56,185 nt of DNA from a virus, in IMG/VR virus record IMGVR_UViG_3300048080_000167, positions 1 to 56,185 of that record; one strand, 5' to 3'. Shown one piece after another: positions 1-8,886 of this stretch. The notes beneath the pieces are model-generated. The model was not told where the DNA came from. It made no database searches and was given only the letters and a program-made list of their open reading frames with translations. Each line of letters opens with the position of its first letter. The stretch's first letter is position 1. A program made the position numbers and the translations under genes.

Positions 1-127
1 AGTCCGTCGCCGGGGGCGCCACCGTCAACCTCGACAACGACACCGTGCTCTATTCGACGCGCCTCGAGCTCACCGGGCTCCTGACCGCCAACATCGCCGT
101 CGACCTGCCCGACCGGAAGCGCAAGCT
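1..127. repeat. Direct terminal repeat, copy 1 (identical to 56059..56185); assembly overlap of a circular or terminally redundant phage genome
   Basis: Read by eye: bases 1..127 (agtccgtcgccggggg...ggaagcgcaagct) recur exactly as the last 127 bases of the window. A CDS reads in frame through it. Unique length is 56,058 bp. Confidence 0.95.
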
Positions 128-716
128 CTGGATCAAGAACAGCACCACGGGCGACTTCACGCTCACGGCTCGGCCGACCGGCGGCGCCGGGCTCGTCATC
201 CCCCGAGGGCTCGACTTCGGGCTCTATCACTTCGAGAGCGCCGACGCCATGCGCGTGCTCCTGCACCCGCGCTTCGGCGTCCATCTCTTCCACTCCACCA
301 CGCAGTCGATCGCGAACGCTACGCCGACGGTGCTCACCTGGGATTCCGAGACGCACGATGACGCGCAGAATCCCGGCTTCCATAACCCGGGCTCCAATCC
401 GAGTCGCATCACGATCCCGGCGAGCATGGGTATCACGGCCGTGAAGCTCGTCGCGCAGGTAGTCTTCGCCGCCGACGCCGACGGTGACCGGGAGATCCGG
501 CTCCTGAAGAACGGCGCGGCGACGTTCGCCGGCCGGGGCCGGAACCGCCTGCGCGCGACGGCGACTCTGGAGCACGCCTCGCACGTCGAGACGCCTCGCA
601 TCGCCGCGACGGCTGCCGACTTCTTCGAGGTGGAGGTACTCCACGACGCCGGCGCGGCTCTCGACGTCGCAGGCGGCAACAATCAGAGCTGGTTCGCGCT
701 CGAGGTACTCGCGTGA
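1..716 (+). CDS. Tail fibre-like protein with DUF2793-type N-terminus, 3' part (gene starts at 55941 and continues through the terminal overlap)
   Basis: Same frame as ATG 55941 once the 127-bp overlap is collapsed (277 aa in total). High third-position GC. Sits directly after the GTA-type host-specificity gene, where DUF2793 proteins usually sit. Confidence 0.8.
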   Translation, partial: SVAGGATVNLDNDTVLYSTRLELTGLLTANIAVDLPDRKRKLWIKNSTTGDFTLTARPTGGAGLVIPRGLDFGLYHFESADAMRVLLHPRFGVHLFHSTTQSIANATPTVLTWDSETHDDAQNPGFHNPGSNPSRITIPASMGITAVKLVAQVVFAADADGDREIRLLKNGAATFAGRGRNRLRATATLEHASHVETPRIAATAADFFEVEVLHDAGAALDVAGGNNQSWFALEVLA

Positions 717-1138
717 GACTCGAGCTTACCCGCATCCTGAGCCAGGAGGACGGGACCTTCGGCGTGCTGCGCGGGCCGGGGCTACTGCTGTTCACGGCCG
801 AGCTGCCCTGGGCCGATAACGCGCCCGAGCGCTCGCGCATCCCGCCGGGCAGCTACACGCTCGAGCCTCACCATACCGAACGCTTCCCGGCCTGCTGGGC
901 GCTCGTCGGCGTCGGCGTCGCGCATTTCCCGGCGCCCGGTGTGACGCGCTCGGCCGTGCTGATCCACGCGGCGAACCTACCTACTGAGCTCCGGGGCTGC
1001 ATCGCCCCCGGGCGCTATCTCGGCCAGCTCGACGGTCGGCTCGCGGTCCTGCGGAGCCGCGACGCGATGGCCGATCTCCGCGTCGCGCTGCCGCGCGCGC
1101 AGGCGCACGCGCTCGAGATCGCCGAGGCAATCAGATGA
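713..1138 (+). CDS. DUF5675-like protein (L,D-transpeptidase/YkuD-like fold family); possible cell-wall-acting enzyme
   Basis: GTGA start/stop overlap. The string ILSQEDGTFGVL...ELPWADN..RIPPGSYTL...AVLIHAANLPTELRGCIAPG matches the DUF5675 pattern as I remember it (DGTFG, IP.G.Y, ILIH.GN..T.GCI..G). Confidence 0.65.
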   Translation: MRLELTRILSQEDGTFGVLRGPGLLLFTAELPWADNAPERSRIPPGSYTLEPHHTERFPACWALVGVGVAHFPAPGVTRSAVLIHAANLPTELRGCIAPGRYLGQLDGRLAVLRSRDAMADLRVALPRAQAHALEIAEAIR

Positions 1139-1638
1139 AGACGCTCACCGACGCGCTCAACGGCTTGCTTCTCTACTGGCAAACGCACCCGAGTGGCGGC
1201 AACCGCGCTCAGCTTCTCTCGCTCGCGCTCGCGCAGGGCTTCGTCGAGCCGGTGCTCAGCCAGTGGCTCGACGTCTTTCTCGCGGGCCTGGTCGATCTCG
1301 GCTGGATCGCTACCGCCGACTACGACGTCTCCCTAGCGCCGAAGGTCGCCGCGATCGGGCCGGCGCGAGCGGGCGACGCGGCGCGCGCCGTATTCGACCA
1401 CCTGCTCGAGAGCACGCTGGCCCCGATCGACGCGGAGAATCAGGCTCAGGCCCTCGCGGCGACGCTCGCGCTTCTCGTCACCAAGCTCGCGAACGTGGAC
1501 GCAGGGATCTCCCAGGCGCTCAGCTTTCCCCCGTCGGCGCCCCGAGACGCGCTAGTGGAAGCGGCTCAGCTCGGCCGAGCGTCGATCGACGCGCAGCGCG
1601 CCGGCGTCCAGCTCGCGCTGGATCAGGTCGCCGTCTAG
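1135..1638 (+). CDS. Hypothetical protein in the fibre cluster
   Basis: ATGA overlap with the upstream stop. 167 aa, Ala/Leu-rich and helical. High GC3. Confidence 0.6.
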   Translation: MKTLTDALNGLLLYWQTHPSGGNRAQLLSLALAQGFVEPVLSQWLDVFLAGLVDLGWIATADYDVSLAPKVAAIGPARAGDAARAVFDHLLESTLAPIDAENQAQALAATLALLVTKLANVDAGISQALSFPPSAPRDALVEAAQLGRASIDAQRAGVQLALDQVAV

Positions 1639-1641
1639 GCC

Positions 1642-3408
1642 GTGGCGATCACCTTCCGGCAGGGCGAGGGGTCGCGGACGGCTTCGCAGCCCGCGATCGT
1701 CAGCATCGTCGCCGGGGTCCTTACTGTCACCGCCGATCTCACGACGGCCCTGGTCGGCGACATAATTGAGCTCTTCGGCACGGGAGGGAACGACGGCTTC
1801 TATTCCGCCTCGGCGATCGACACCGTGCCGACGCCGGACACGTATCTGCTCCGACCGGCGCCTGCCGATCAGGGCGCAGTCGGCAACGCGGCGCGCCTGA
1901 ACCGGGCCGCGGCCTACACCTTTACGGCGAGCGCGATCACGTCCGTCACCGCCATCCCGGGCACCGCTCTCGCAGTTATCGAAGTCGCGGGCGCCACCTT
2001 CATGAGCCAGGCCGTCGGCGGCGTCATCATGGATCTCAGCGACCGTCTCGTCGTGACGGGCTCCACCACTCTCGCCAATAACGGCGCCTGGTACGTGCAG
2101 GAGATCCTGTCGAATACCCGGGTGATAGCTCGCCCGCCCGACGGCGGGGTCGGCATGGCGACGCAGGCTGCCTCGGGCACGCTCACGGCGCGACGCGGAG
2201 TCCACGTAGCCTTTCAGATCGACGAGGCCACCCTCACGTGGCAGCGATATCTCGATGTGGCGACCCCGATCGCGGCTCCCACGCCCGGCACCTTCTTCGG
2301 CTCGGGCGCGATCAGCGACTACATCCGGAAGAGACGAGCAGACGTCGCTGGCGTCACCCGCACCCTCTACACGATCCACGGTCTCACGAACATCTACGTG
2401 GAGCAGGCCGGGCTCGTCGGCGACGCCGCTTGGACCTCGGGCAACGAGACGGTGTTCGTCGCGCGTCGAGCCGCGACGGCGGGGACCGGGGGCGATCTTG
2501 GGAGCGGGCCCGTGAACATCCGGCCGCTCACCGGGGCCGGGTGGACGGGCTCGCTCAACTTCCGGCTCGGGCTGCGTCTCGGCAATCGCTTCTCGGCGCA
2601 GAATTGCTCGGCGTGGGTAGGCGTAGACCCGGGCCAGCTCAACTCGACGCCGTTCAACCTGGCCCGGCTCCGGGCCTACGGCTCGCTTTGGGACACGAGA
2701 AACCCTGCGGGCTTGCTCGGCGGGCCGTTCGCCGACGAGTTTATCGCCTCGATCATTCGCGAGGGGCTGACCTTGAAGGGGGCTGGGGGGCTCGTCGAGT
2801 CCACCGCGGTAGTCGGCGGGATCGGCTACCTGATCCTGACCGGCTCCGCCGACATGGCGAACCTCCTGCTCTGCCAGAACACGACCGCCGCCGCCGCCGT
2901 CGTGTCCGTCGGGACTCTCGCCGGGCTCCGGAAGAGCGATCTGGTGGTCTCTCCGCTCCTGACGATCATCTCCGGGCTCTTCATCTTTCTCAACCCAGGC
3001 GAGGACTATGATATCACGACGCTAGGGATAAACTCTGGCGGGGCCGCAACGTGTGAAAAGCAGTACACGTTCAACCCCCGCTTCGTCTCTCTCGACGCGC
3101 CCGATGCGACTCCTATAGAGATCAGCGGATTCACGGTGACGATCTACGAGAACAATGGTGTGGCCTGGACGCAGGTATTTACCGGGGTGACGGACGTGAA
3201 CGGTTTCCTAAACGCTGGGGTGGGCGTTAACCTACGCCGTCAGCATCGAGCCTCGAGCAACGCGGTCACCAACTTCACGCATCGCTTCGTGGGCGAGGGC
3301 GGCGGCTTCCGGCTCCACAACGACCCCTTCGTCATGTCCGAGCCGGTCGGCTCGGATCTTCCTGTCGATCGGATCTCGCCGCCCTATGAGGGAGAGTTCG
3401 GAGAATGA
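1642..3408 (+). CDS. Tail fibre / receptor-binding protein candidate (588 aa)
   Basis: Long ORF in the fibre cluster, rich in Gly/Thr/Ala. The 3' ~400 bp is visibly lower in GC than the rest. Confidence 0.6.
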   Translation: MAITFRQGEGSRTASQPAIVSIVAGVLTVTADLTTALVGDIIELFGTGGNDGFYSASAIDTVPTPDTYLLRPAPADQGAVGNAARLNRAAAYTFTASAITSVTAIPGTALAVIEVAGATFMSQAVGGVIMDLSDRLVVTGSTTLANNGAWYVQEILSNTRVIARPPDGGVGMATQAASGTLTARRGVHVAFQIDEATLTWQRYLDVATPIAAPTPGTFFGSGAISDYIRKRRADVAGVTRTLYTIHGLTNIYVEQAGLVGDAAWTSGNETVFVARRAATAGTGGDLGSGPVNIRPLTGAGWTGSLNFRLGLRLGNRFSAQNCSAWVGVDPGQLNSTPFNLARLRAYGSLWDTRNPAGLLGGPFADEFIASIIREGLTLKGAGGLVESTAVVGGIGYLILTGSADMANLLLCQNTTAAAAVVSVGTLAGLRKSDLVVSPLLTIISGLFIFLNPGEDYDITTLGINSGGAATCEKQYTFNPRFVSLDAPDATPIEISGFTVTIYENNGVAWTQVFTGVTDVNGFLNAGVGVNLRRQHRASSNAVTNFTHRFVGEGGGFRLHNDPFVMSEPVGSDLPVDRISPPYEGEFGE

Positions 3409-4679
3409 GATACGCCACCCCGCAATTCGGCGAGACGATGCACGCGGTCGGGAAGTTCCTGTCGGCGCTCCCGGCCGGGCAGATCCAGGCCGTGCTCGTG
3501 CGCAACCTGACGACCGGGGCCTCGCTATCCATCGCGTCGGCGAACGCTACGGAGATCCCCGGCACCGCCTTCGGCGGGTTCGCCACCTACGAGTGGTCCA
3601 CCGCGAATCTCACCACGCCGCTCACGGTGTTCGCCGAGCTCATCGTCATTCTCCGGGACACGGTGACCGGCCGTATCCAGGAGTCGAAAGTCGTGGTCGG
3701 CGGCTACCCCGACGAGTCGGCGCTCCAGCGCTTCGGCGGACGCGTCCACGTGGATACGGTGCTCGGCGTGCCCGGGACGGCGTACCCGCGCGGGACGCCC
3801 GAGCTGCCCGTGAATAACCTGGCAAACGCCTTTACGATCCGGGCGGCGTTCAACCTCCCCAAAGCCTTCCTGATCCGGTCGAACGGCTCGACGCTCCTGC
3901 TCGACGCGACCGTCAACGGCGGCGTGTTCACCGACTTCACCTTCGAGGGCGTCGACCCGCAGAACGATATCATCCGATTCTCGACCGGAGCCGGCGCGAT
4001 CAGCACGGCGGGGGTCCGGCTCGGGCGCATCACCGCCTGGGGCAACTTCTCGGGGCGCGTCATCGGGACGGAGTGCCAGATCGGGCTCTCCACCGGGAAC
4101 ACCACCGGGCTCGACGGGACCTTCGACAACTGCACCTTTGAGGCCGATGGCGCTAGTGGGTTTTCGATCGCCCTCTCCATCGGTTCAGCGTTCAATCTCG
4201 TCGGCCCGGCTCGTGCGGGCGATGTAGGCCTGGTGGGCTTCGGCGGCGGCACCCGGATCGACATGGGCGCGGGCGCTGCCACGATGCTCGCGGAGGGGCT
4301 GGTCGGCTTCTGGCAGTTCGTGAACATCGCCGGTGGGGACCTACTCGCGGCGGTACTCAAGGGGGCGCAGGTCCACTTCTCGACCGGCAGCGGAAGCCCG
4401 ATCATCGTACTCGCTGGCATCGGGGAGATCGTCAATACCGTAGGGTTCCCTCTCGCTTCCGAGCGCGTGGTCCGGGGCTCCGACACGATCGCGACCCGCA
4501 AGCATCTCACGAACAACCGGATGGTCGATTGGGTCCCGAACCCGGCGCAGGAAGTGGTGTATAACGACGACGAAGTGACCGAGCTTCAGCGCGCGGATCT
4601 CTTCGATCAGTTCGGCGCGAACATCAACACGGGCAATCGACCGCAGGGCCCGCTGATCTCGAAGCGTGACGTGGTGTAG
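3405..4679 (+). CDS. Tail fibre / tailspike-like protein (424 aa)
   Basis: ATGA overlap with the upstream gene. Repetitive G-x-x-G/T/N-rich central region suggests a beta-helix-like fold. No motif-level assignment. Confidence 0.55.
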   Translation: MRYATPQFGETMHAVGKFLSALPAGQIQAVLVRNLTTGASLSIASANATEIPGTAFGGFATYEWSTANLTTPLTVFAELIVILRDTVTGRIQESKVVVGGYPDESALQRFGGRVHVDTVLGVPGTAYPRGTPELPVNNLANAFTIRAAFNLPKAFLIRSNGSTLLLDATVNGGVFTDFTFEGVDPQNDIIRFSTGAGAISTAGVRLGRITAWGNFSGRVIGTECQIGLSTGNTTGLDGTFDNCTFEADGASGFSIALSIGSAFNLVGPARAGDVGLVGFGGGTRIDMGAGAATMLAEGLVGFWQFVNIAGGDLLAAVLKGAQVHFSTGSGSPIIVLAGIGEIVNTVGFPLASERVVRGSDTIATRKHLTNNRMVDWVPNPAQEVVYNDDEVTELQRADLFDQFGANINTGNRPQGPLISKRDVV

Positions 4680-4854
4680 TTTATGGTCGGTCTAGGGCGC
4701 GCCGTCGGGGCTGGAGCCGATCTCGTCATCTTCGGGATCGTCGTCACGGCCGGCACTGAGCTGCCGCTCGAGAAAGAGCGCACCTACTGCTTGGAGCAGT
4801 CGAGAAGCGTAACGCTAGCGAGCCCCGCTCGCCGGATGGAGCTGAGACAGAATC

Positions 4855-5088
4855 GTGTCGCCGAGGTGTGTTGAGCGCGAGCACGCGCTGGTGCAGACGC
4901 GAAGCGTCGCGATCGGGGCCGGGCTCCGAGCCTACGCGCTCGGGCCCCAGGCTCGGCTCCGGGCCCTGGCCGGGCTCTCCCGGAGCTTCGCCGTCTCGGG
5001 TCTCCGGAGCGTTCCCATCACCGGCCCCCGGGTGTACCGTGTAGTGGACTCCCGGCGCTATGCGATCCCGGAAGGCGAGAGGTGCTAG
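4855..5088 (+). CDS. Hypothetical small protein (uncertain)
   Basis: High GC3 in this frame. The stop TAG abuts ATG 5089. No convincing RBS at 4855, so the true start may lie downstream. Confidence 0.3.
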   Translation: MSPRCVEREHALVQTRSVAIGAGLRAYALGPQARLRALAGLSRSFAVSGLRSVPITGPRVYRVVDSRRYAIPEGERC

Positions 5089-5388
5089 ATGGCCGTCCAC
5101 ACGTTCCCCTGGAAGGACCCGAGCGACCGGCTCGACTACTCCGTCGACTTCACGGCCGTGCTCGATGCTACCGAGCAGCTCGTCTCGGGCGTCTGGACCG
5201 TCTCGCCTGCCGGGCCGACGCTCGTGACCCAGGAGATCCTGGCCGGCGGCAAGATCGCCCGGGTGTGGATCACCGGCGGCACGGACGGAATCGACTACAC
5301 CCTGGAGCTGACCGCGACGTCGAACCTCGGCGTGCCCGGCCCCCGGATCTGGCAACGCCAGTTCCTGCTGCCCGTCCGGACCCTCTAG
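5089..5388 (+). CDS. Small phage structural protein, fibre-tail adaptor-like
   Basis: 99 aa. WKDPSDRLDYSVDFTAVL resembles the KDP.(D/E).LDY..DWS signature of small fibre-tail adaptor proteins. RBS gagagg precedes the ATG. Confidence 0.5.
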   Translation: MAVHTFPWKDPSDRLDYSVDFTAVLDATEQLVSGVWTVSPAGPTLVTQEILAGGKIARVWITGGTDGIDYTLELTATSNLGVPGPRIWQRQFLLPVRTL

Positions 5389-5437
5389 CCCCTGGAGCCC
5401 GGGCCGAGGTAGACTCCCCGGCCGGGAGGATTCCACC

Positions 5438-5995
5438 ATGTCCATCCTGCTCCGCTTCCTGCTCGCTCGGGCGCGCGAGCGCTCGTCTTGGCTCGGCGTC
5501 ATCACCTTCCTGACCGGCTTCGGGATCTATCTCGAGCCGGAGCAGGTCGAAGCGCTCGCGGCGCTCGGCATCTCGCTGGCCGGCGCCGTCGCCGTGCTCT
5601 GGAAGGATCCAGGCTCGCCGACCGTGGCGCCCGTGCTCCTGCTCGTCGCGCTGCTCGGACTCGGCTGCGTCCACTACGACGGAGCCGCCTACCGGGACGC
5701 AGCGGCCTATGGGCAGAGCGCGACCCGGTTGACCGTCGACGTCTGCGATGCCCATCGGCGCTCGGCCGTGGCGCTCACGGACAGCGCCGGCTCGGCCGTG
5801 GCCTACCGGGTCCCCTTCGGCGCCGGCGACGCCGTGCCCCGGCTCGCGCGCGCCCATGCGTTCCAGTCGCGCGTCTGCGATGAAGCGTGGGTGCGCGAGG
5901 CGACCGGCCGGCTCGACCCGAGCGCCCGGCTGCGCATGCTTCAGGCGTGGTCGGAGATGTGGCGCGACGGCTCGGCCGTGCTCGGGGGCGAGTAG
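5438..5995 (+). CDS. Membrane protein, holin-like N-terminus (about three hydrophobic helices) plus a soluble C-terminal domain
   Basis: RBS gggagga followed by ATG. Hydrophobic stretches WLGVITFLTGFGIYL, LGISLAGAVAVLW and VAPVLLLVALLGLGCV. Confidence 0.6.
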   Translation: MSILLRFLLARARERSSWLGVITFLTGFGIYLEPEQVEALAALGISLAGAVAVLWKDPGSPTVAPVLLLVALLGLGCVHYDGAAYRDAAAYGQSATRLTVDVCDAHRRSAVALTDSAGSAVAYRVPFGAGDAVPRLARAHAFQSRVCDEAWVREATGRLDPSARLRMLQAWSEMWRDGSAVLGGE

Positions 5996-5997
5996 CC

Positions 5998-6471
5998 ATG
6001 CGGTTCTTGATCTCTCCCGACGGGCTCGCCGAACGCGCGCGGACGCTGCTCGACGGCGTGCTCGAGGGCTTCCGGCAGCTCGCGCTACGCGAGGCGACCG
6101 AGGAGCTAGGGCTCGAGGCCGACCCTCGGGCCGGCGAAGTCTCCAGGCTCGAGGCGCACGTCGAGCTGCGCGACGAGCTCACCGAGCTGATCGTCAAGCA
6201 TGCCCCGACGATCGCGACCGGGGGCGCGGACTTCGCCTTCTCGATCGTCCGGGGGCTCGCGCTCGAGGACGGCTCGCTCGACCATCTCGACCTCGCCGCG
6301 CTCTCCGACGGCGATCTCATGCGCTTCTCGCTCCAGGGCGCGCAGATCGCCGCCGAGCTGCGGGCTCAGATCGTCGCAGGGCGCGCCGCGCTCGTCGCCG
6401 ATCTGAAGCAGGTTGGGGGCAAGGTGGCTCGGGGAGCGCTCTCGGCCGTGCTCGTCGCCTTGATGGCCTAA
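5998..6471 (+). CDS. Hypothetical protein with a hydrophobic C-terminal tail
   Basis: ATG at 5998, in frame within track ORF 5887..6471. Acidic helical protein ending GALSAVLVALMA. Confidence 0.5.
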   Translation: MRFLISPDGLAERARTLLDGVLEGFRQLALREATEELGLEADPRAGEVSRLEAHVELRDELTELIVKHAPTIATGGADFAFSIVRGLALEDGSLDHLDLAALSDGDLMRFSLQGAQIAAELRAQIVAGRAALVADLKQVGGKVARGALSAVLVALMA

Positions 6472-6544
6472 AGCGCGTTCCACGTGGCACGCCCCCGGGG
6501 AGTCCGGAGATGGGCTGCGCAGGATGCCCTAGGAGGCCAGGAAG

Positions 6545-7054
6545 ATGCCCAACGGCTCTATTCCTACCGGGTCCCCGGCGAACGGCTCGGGAAGCGCCCG
6601 GCTCGTGCGCCTGCTGACGGCCCTAGCCGCCGTGGCCGGCGCGCTCGGGACCGGCGGGAGCGTCTACCAGTGGCGGGGGGCCGAAGGGGAGCGCGCGTCG
6701 GTCGCGCGCGAGAACGCCGCGAGCGTCCAGCTCCTCCAGGGGCTCTCGGCGATCTACACCGCCGAGCTGGCCCGGGCGCAGGAGCGCGACGAGCGCTGCT
6801 GGCGCGTGCTCCACGGCGGGGGGATGGGGCCGGAGCCGGCCATCGAGCCCGCGCCGATGCCCGAGATCACGACGCCACCGGGCCCCGACGTCGTGCTCCA
6901 CGTCGCGGCCGAGCCCGGGCTCGAGCCGGCGCCGGCGCCGAAACTCCCGAAGCTCAAGCGGCTCCAGCGCTACGACTGGTGGGAAGGCTTGCCCCCGCAG
7001 GTCCAGTCGCTCGTGCCGGGCTACGTCCCGCCGGAGCCGGAGCTAGCCCCGTGA
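6545..7054 (+). CDS. N-terminally anchored, Pro-rich protein (i-spanin-like architecture)
   Basis: RBS ggagg followed by ATG. N-terminal hydrophobic helix LVRLLTALAAVAGALG, then a coiled region, then a PE/PA-rich tail. Confidence 0.5.
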   Translation: MPNGSIPTGSPANGSGSARLVRLLTALAAVAGALGTGGSVYQWRGAEGERASVARENAASVQLLQGLSAIYTAELARAQERDERCWRVLHGGGMGPEPAIEPAPMPEITTPPGPDVVLHVAAEPGLEPAPAPKLPKLKRLQRYDWWEGLPPQVQSLVPGYVPPEPELAP

Positions 7055-7296
7055 AGGTACTCGGCAACGGTGCTCTCACGCGCGTCGTCGTCGGCGTTAC
7101 GACCGCCGGCGTCTTGGGCGGTGTCGCGCTGTACGGCGAAGTCCGCGCGAACAGCGCCCGCACTACCGCTCTTGAGCACGCGACGGTCAGCACGCTCCAG
7201 AGCATCGAAGCGCTCCGCAGCAGCATGGACGAGCTACGCGAGCAGGTCGCCGAGAACAACGGCTACCTGCGCCGACTCGAAGAGCGCCGGCGCTAA
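7051..7296 (+). CDS. Small membrane-anchored coiled-coil protein
   Basis: GTGA overlap with the upstream stop. TRVVVGVTTAGVLGGVALY hydrophobic helix, followed by a heptad-like helical region. Confidence 0.5.
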   Translation: MKVLGNGALTRVVVGVTTAGVLGGVALYGEVRANSARTTALEHATVSTLQSIEALRSSMDELREQVAENNGYLRRLEERRR

Positions 7297-7523
7297 GGCT
7301 TCGCCTTGGCGCGCACCGCGACGAGACGGTGAACGCACTCGGCTAGCTGCCCGTCCTCGTGGAAGCGCTTGGCGAGATAGTCCTCGAGCGCGCGCTCGAC
7401 AACGCGTCGGAAGGGGATGCGTCTCGCGATCGCGTAACCGAGCGTCAGCCGGTGGAGCTGACGATCCAGGCGCACCGTGGTCGCCTGCGTCGGTTCGCGT
7501 CGGGGGCTCTCGACGTCGCTCAT
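7293..7523 (-). CDS. Ribbon-helix-helix (CopG/Arc-like) DNA-binding protein
   Basis: Start ATG has RBS ggagatcc. TTVRLDRQLHRLTLGYAIARRIPFRRVVERALEDYL fits a beta-strand plus two helices. The longer track ORF (to 7586) lacks an RBS. Confidence 0.6.
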   Translation of the reverse strand: MSDVESPRREPTQATTVRLDRQLHRLTLGYAIARRIPFRRVVERALEDYLAKRFHEDGQLAECVHRLVAVRAKAKP

Positions 7524-7530
7524 GGATCTC

Positions 7531-7809
7531 CTAGTCGAAAATGGTGCGGCCGAGCGCTTCGAGCGTCCGGGTATAGAGCACCTCAACTGCGGCCGAGACG
7601 CCCCGGCGCGCGACTCGAGAGCCGAGCGCCGCGGCGAGCGCTCTCAGATCGCTCTCACATTCGAGCGTGCCCGGCGCGTTCAGATCGACGGCGTGCTGAA
7701 TGCGCCGCGCGGCGAGAACGCGAGCGGAGCCGTCCGGGTACTCGCGCCCCATCGCCTCGAGCCGCTGCTCGACCCAGGATCCGATCTCGGCGCGCTCTGC
7801 GGGCGTCAC
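7531..7809 (-). CDS. Hypothetical protein
   Basis: 92-aa ORF packed tightly in the leftward operon. High GC3. Confidence 0.55.
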   Translation of the reverse strand: MTPAERAEIGSWVEQRLEAMGREYPDGSARVLAARRIQHAVDLNAPGTLECESDLRALAAALGSRVARRGVSAAVEVLYTRTLEALGRTIFD

Positions 7810-8375
7810 GACGGCTCACCGACGAGTGCGAGCAGGGTTTCCGCGAAGGCGCGAATGGGGGCAGCGAGCGCCGGCGGGACCTTCCCTCCGGCGCCCTGGG
7901 GTGTGCTGCGATCGGATCTCACCATCTCCAGAGATCCTACGGTGGGGGCCCTATTGCCCCCGTCTTCCCGCGGCTCGGCGGCCTGCGGTGAAGGCGAATG
8001 GGGCTCGAGCTGGGAGACGATGGCCGGCTCGAGCGACTGGTGCTGTAGGATCTCGCCGACAGCTTCGCCGGTAGGCCCGAAGCGCGCGCTCCAGACTTGA
8101 CGCTCCGGATAGCCCGTAGGCGAAACGTAGCCGAGCCCGGCTAGGCGACTGTGCTTGTGCGCTCGCGCCTGCTCGCGATAGCCCCAGAGCCCTCGCTCCC
8201 GAATGCGCTTCGTGACGTGGCTCCGGTCGAGCCCGCTCTGCTTCGCCAGCCGGGAAAGGTTGCCGCCGTGGTGCTGGAGCAGCATCATCCAGGCCATGCG
8301 CTCGAGAGCGAGACGCCAGGCTCGGAACGTCGGCGGCGTGCCGGCGCCGTCGGACTCGAGCGTCACCTTGATCAT
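7806..8375 (-). CDS. Transcription regulator with Fis-type HTH
   Basis: HHGGNLSRLAKQSGLDRSHVTKRIRERGL matches the Fis/NtrC C-terminal HTH_8 pattern. There is no AAA+ domain. Confidence 0.55.
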   Translation of the reverse strand: MIKVTLESDGAGTPPTFRAWRLALERMAWMMLLQHHGGNLSRLAKQSGLDRSHVTKRIRERGLWGYREQARAHKHSRLAGLGYVSPTGYPERQVWSARFGPTGEAVGEILQHQSLEPAIVSQLEPHSPSPQAAEPREDGGNRAPTVGSLEMVRSDRSTPQGAGGKVPPALAAPIRAFAETLLALVGEPS

Positions 8376-8376
8376 C

Positions 8377-8886
8377 TCACTTGACCTTCAGCGTGTGGCT
8401 CTTCTGGAGCCGGGCCCCGGGGATCGCCTGCCCGGTACGGAGCACGGCGAGCAGGGTGCGCTTGTCCAGCTCGGGTGGCGGCGGCGGTGGGATGCGCCAG
8501 TAGGCTTCGGGGATCAGCTTGGCGTCGTCGATCGCCGTGAAGCTCGACGGGCTCCACGAGATCGTGACGCGTTCATCCTTGAGCTTGTCTCCGGCGGGGA
8601 CGATCCGGCCGACGTACTCGAGCAAGCGCTCGGCCCGGTCGCGGTGCCCCTTGGCGCGGGCGCTGAGCTCATCGGCGACTCGCTGAATCTTCTCGGCCTC
8701 GCAGCGCTCCCCCTTCAGGTAGGCCGCGACGTCGAGCGCGATCCGGTCACGGTGCCCCTCGAGCGCGTCTAGCTGTTCCAGCGTGCGCTCCGTAATCTCG
8801 CCCGTCTCCGGGTCGCACTCCTGAGCCAAGATGCGCTCGATAGCGTCGGCGACGTCGAAGAGCGCGTTGACGTGCAGCCGGCTCAT
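8377..8886 (-). CDS. Siphovirus Gp157-like protein (host-nuclease-inhibitor family)
   Basis: Internal ATG at 8886 gives MSRLHVNALF... The layout is a coiled-coil N-terminal half followed by ...ISWSPSSFTAIDDAKLIPEAYWR, as in Gp157 proteins. The start overlaps the upstream stop by 4 nt. Confidence 0.55.
   Translation of the reverse strand: MSRLHVNALFDVADAIERILAQECDPETGEITERTLEQLDALEGHRDRIALDVAAYLKGERCEAEKIQRVADELSARAKGHRDRAERLLEYVGRIVPAGDKLKDERVTISWSPSSFTAIDDAKLIPEAYWRIPPPPPPELDKRTLLAVLRTGQAIPGARLQKSHTLKVK

Noticed and set aside
1-127. Terminal repeats read as prophage att sites or as LTR/IS ends.
   Set aside because: A CDS reads through the repeat in frame. No recombinase or transposase is present. 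The gene content forms one closed phage genome.
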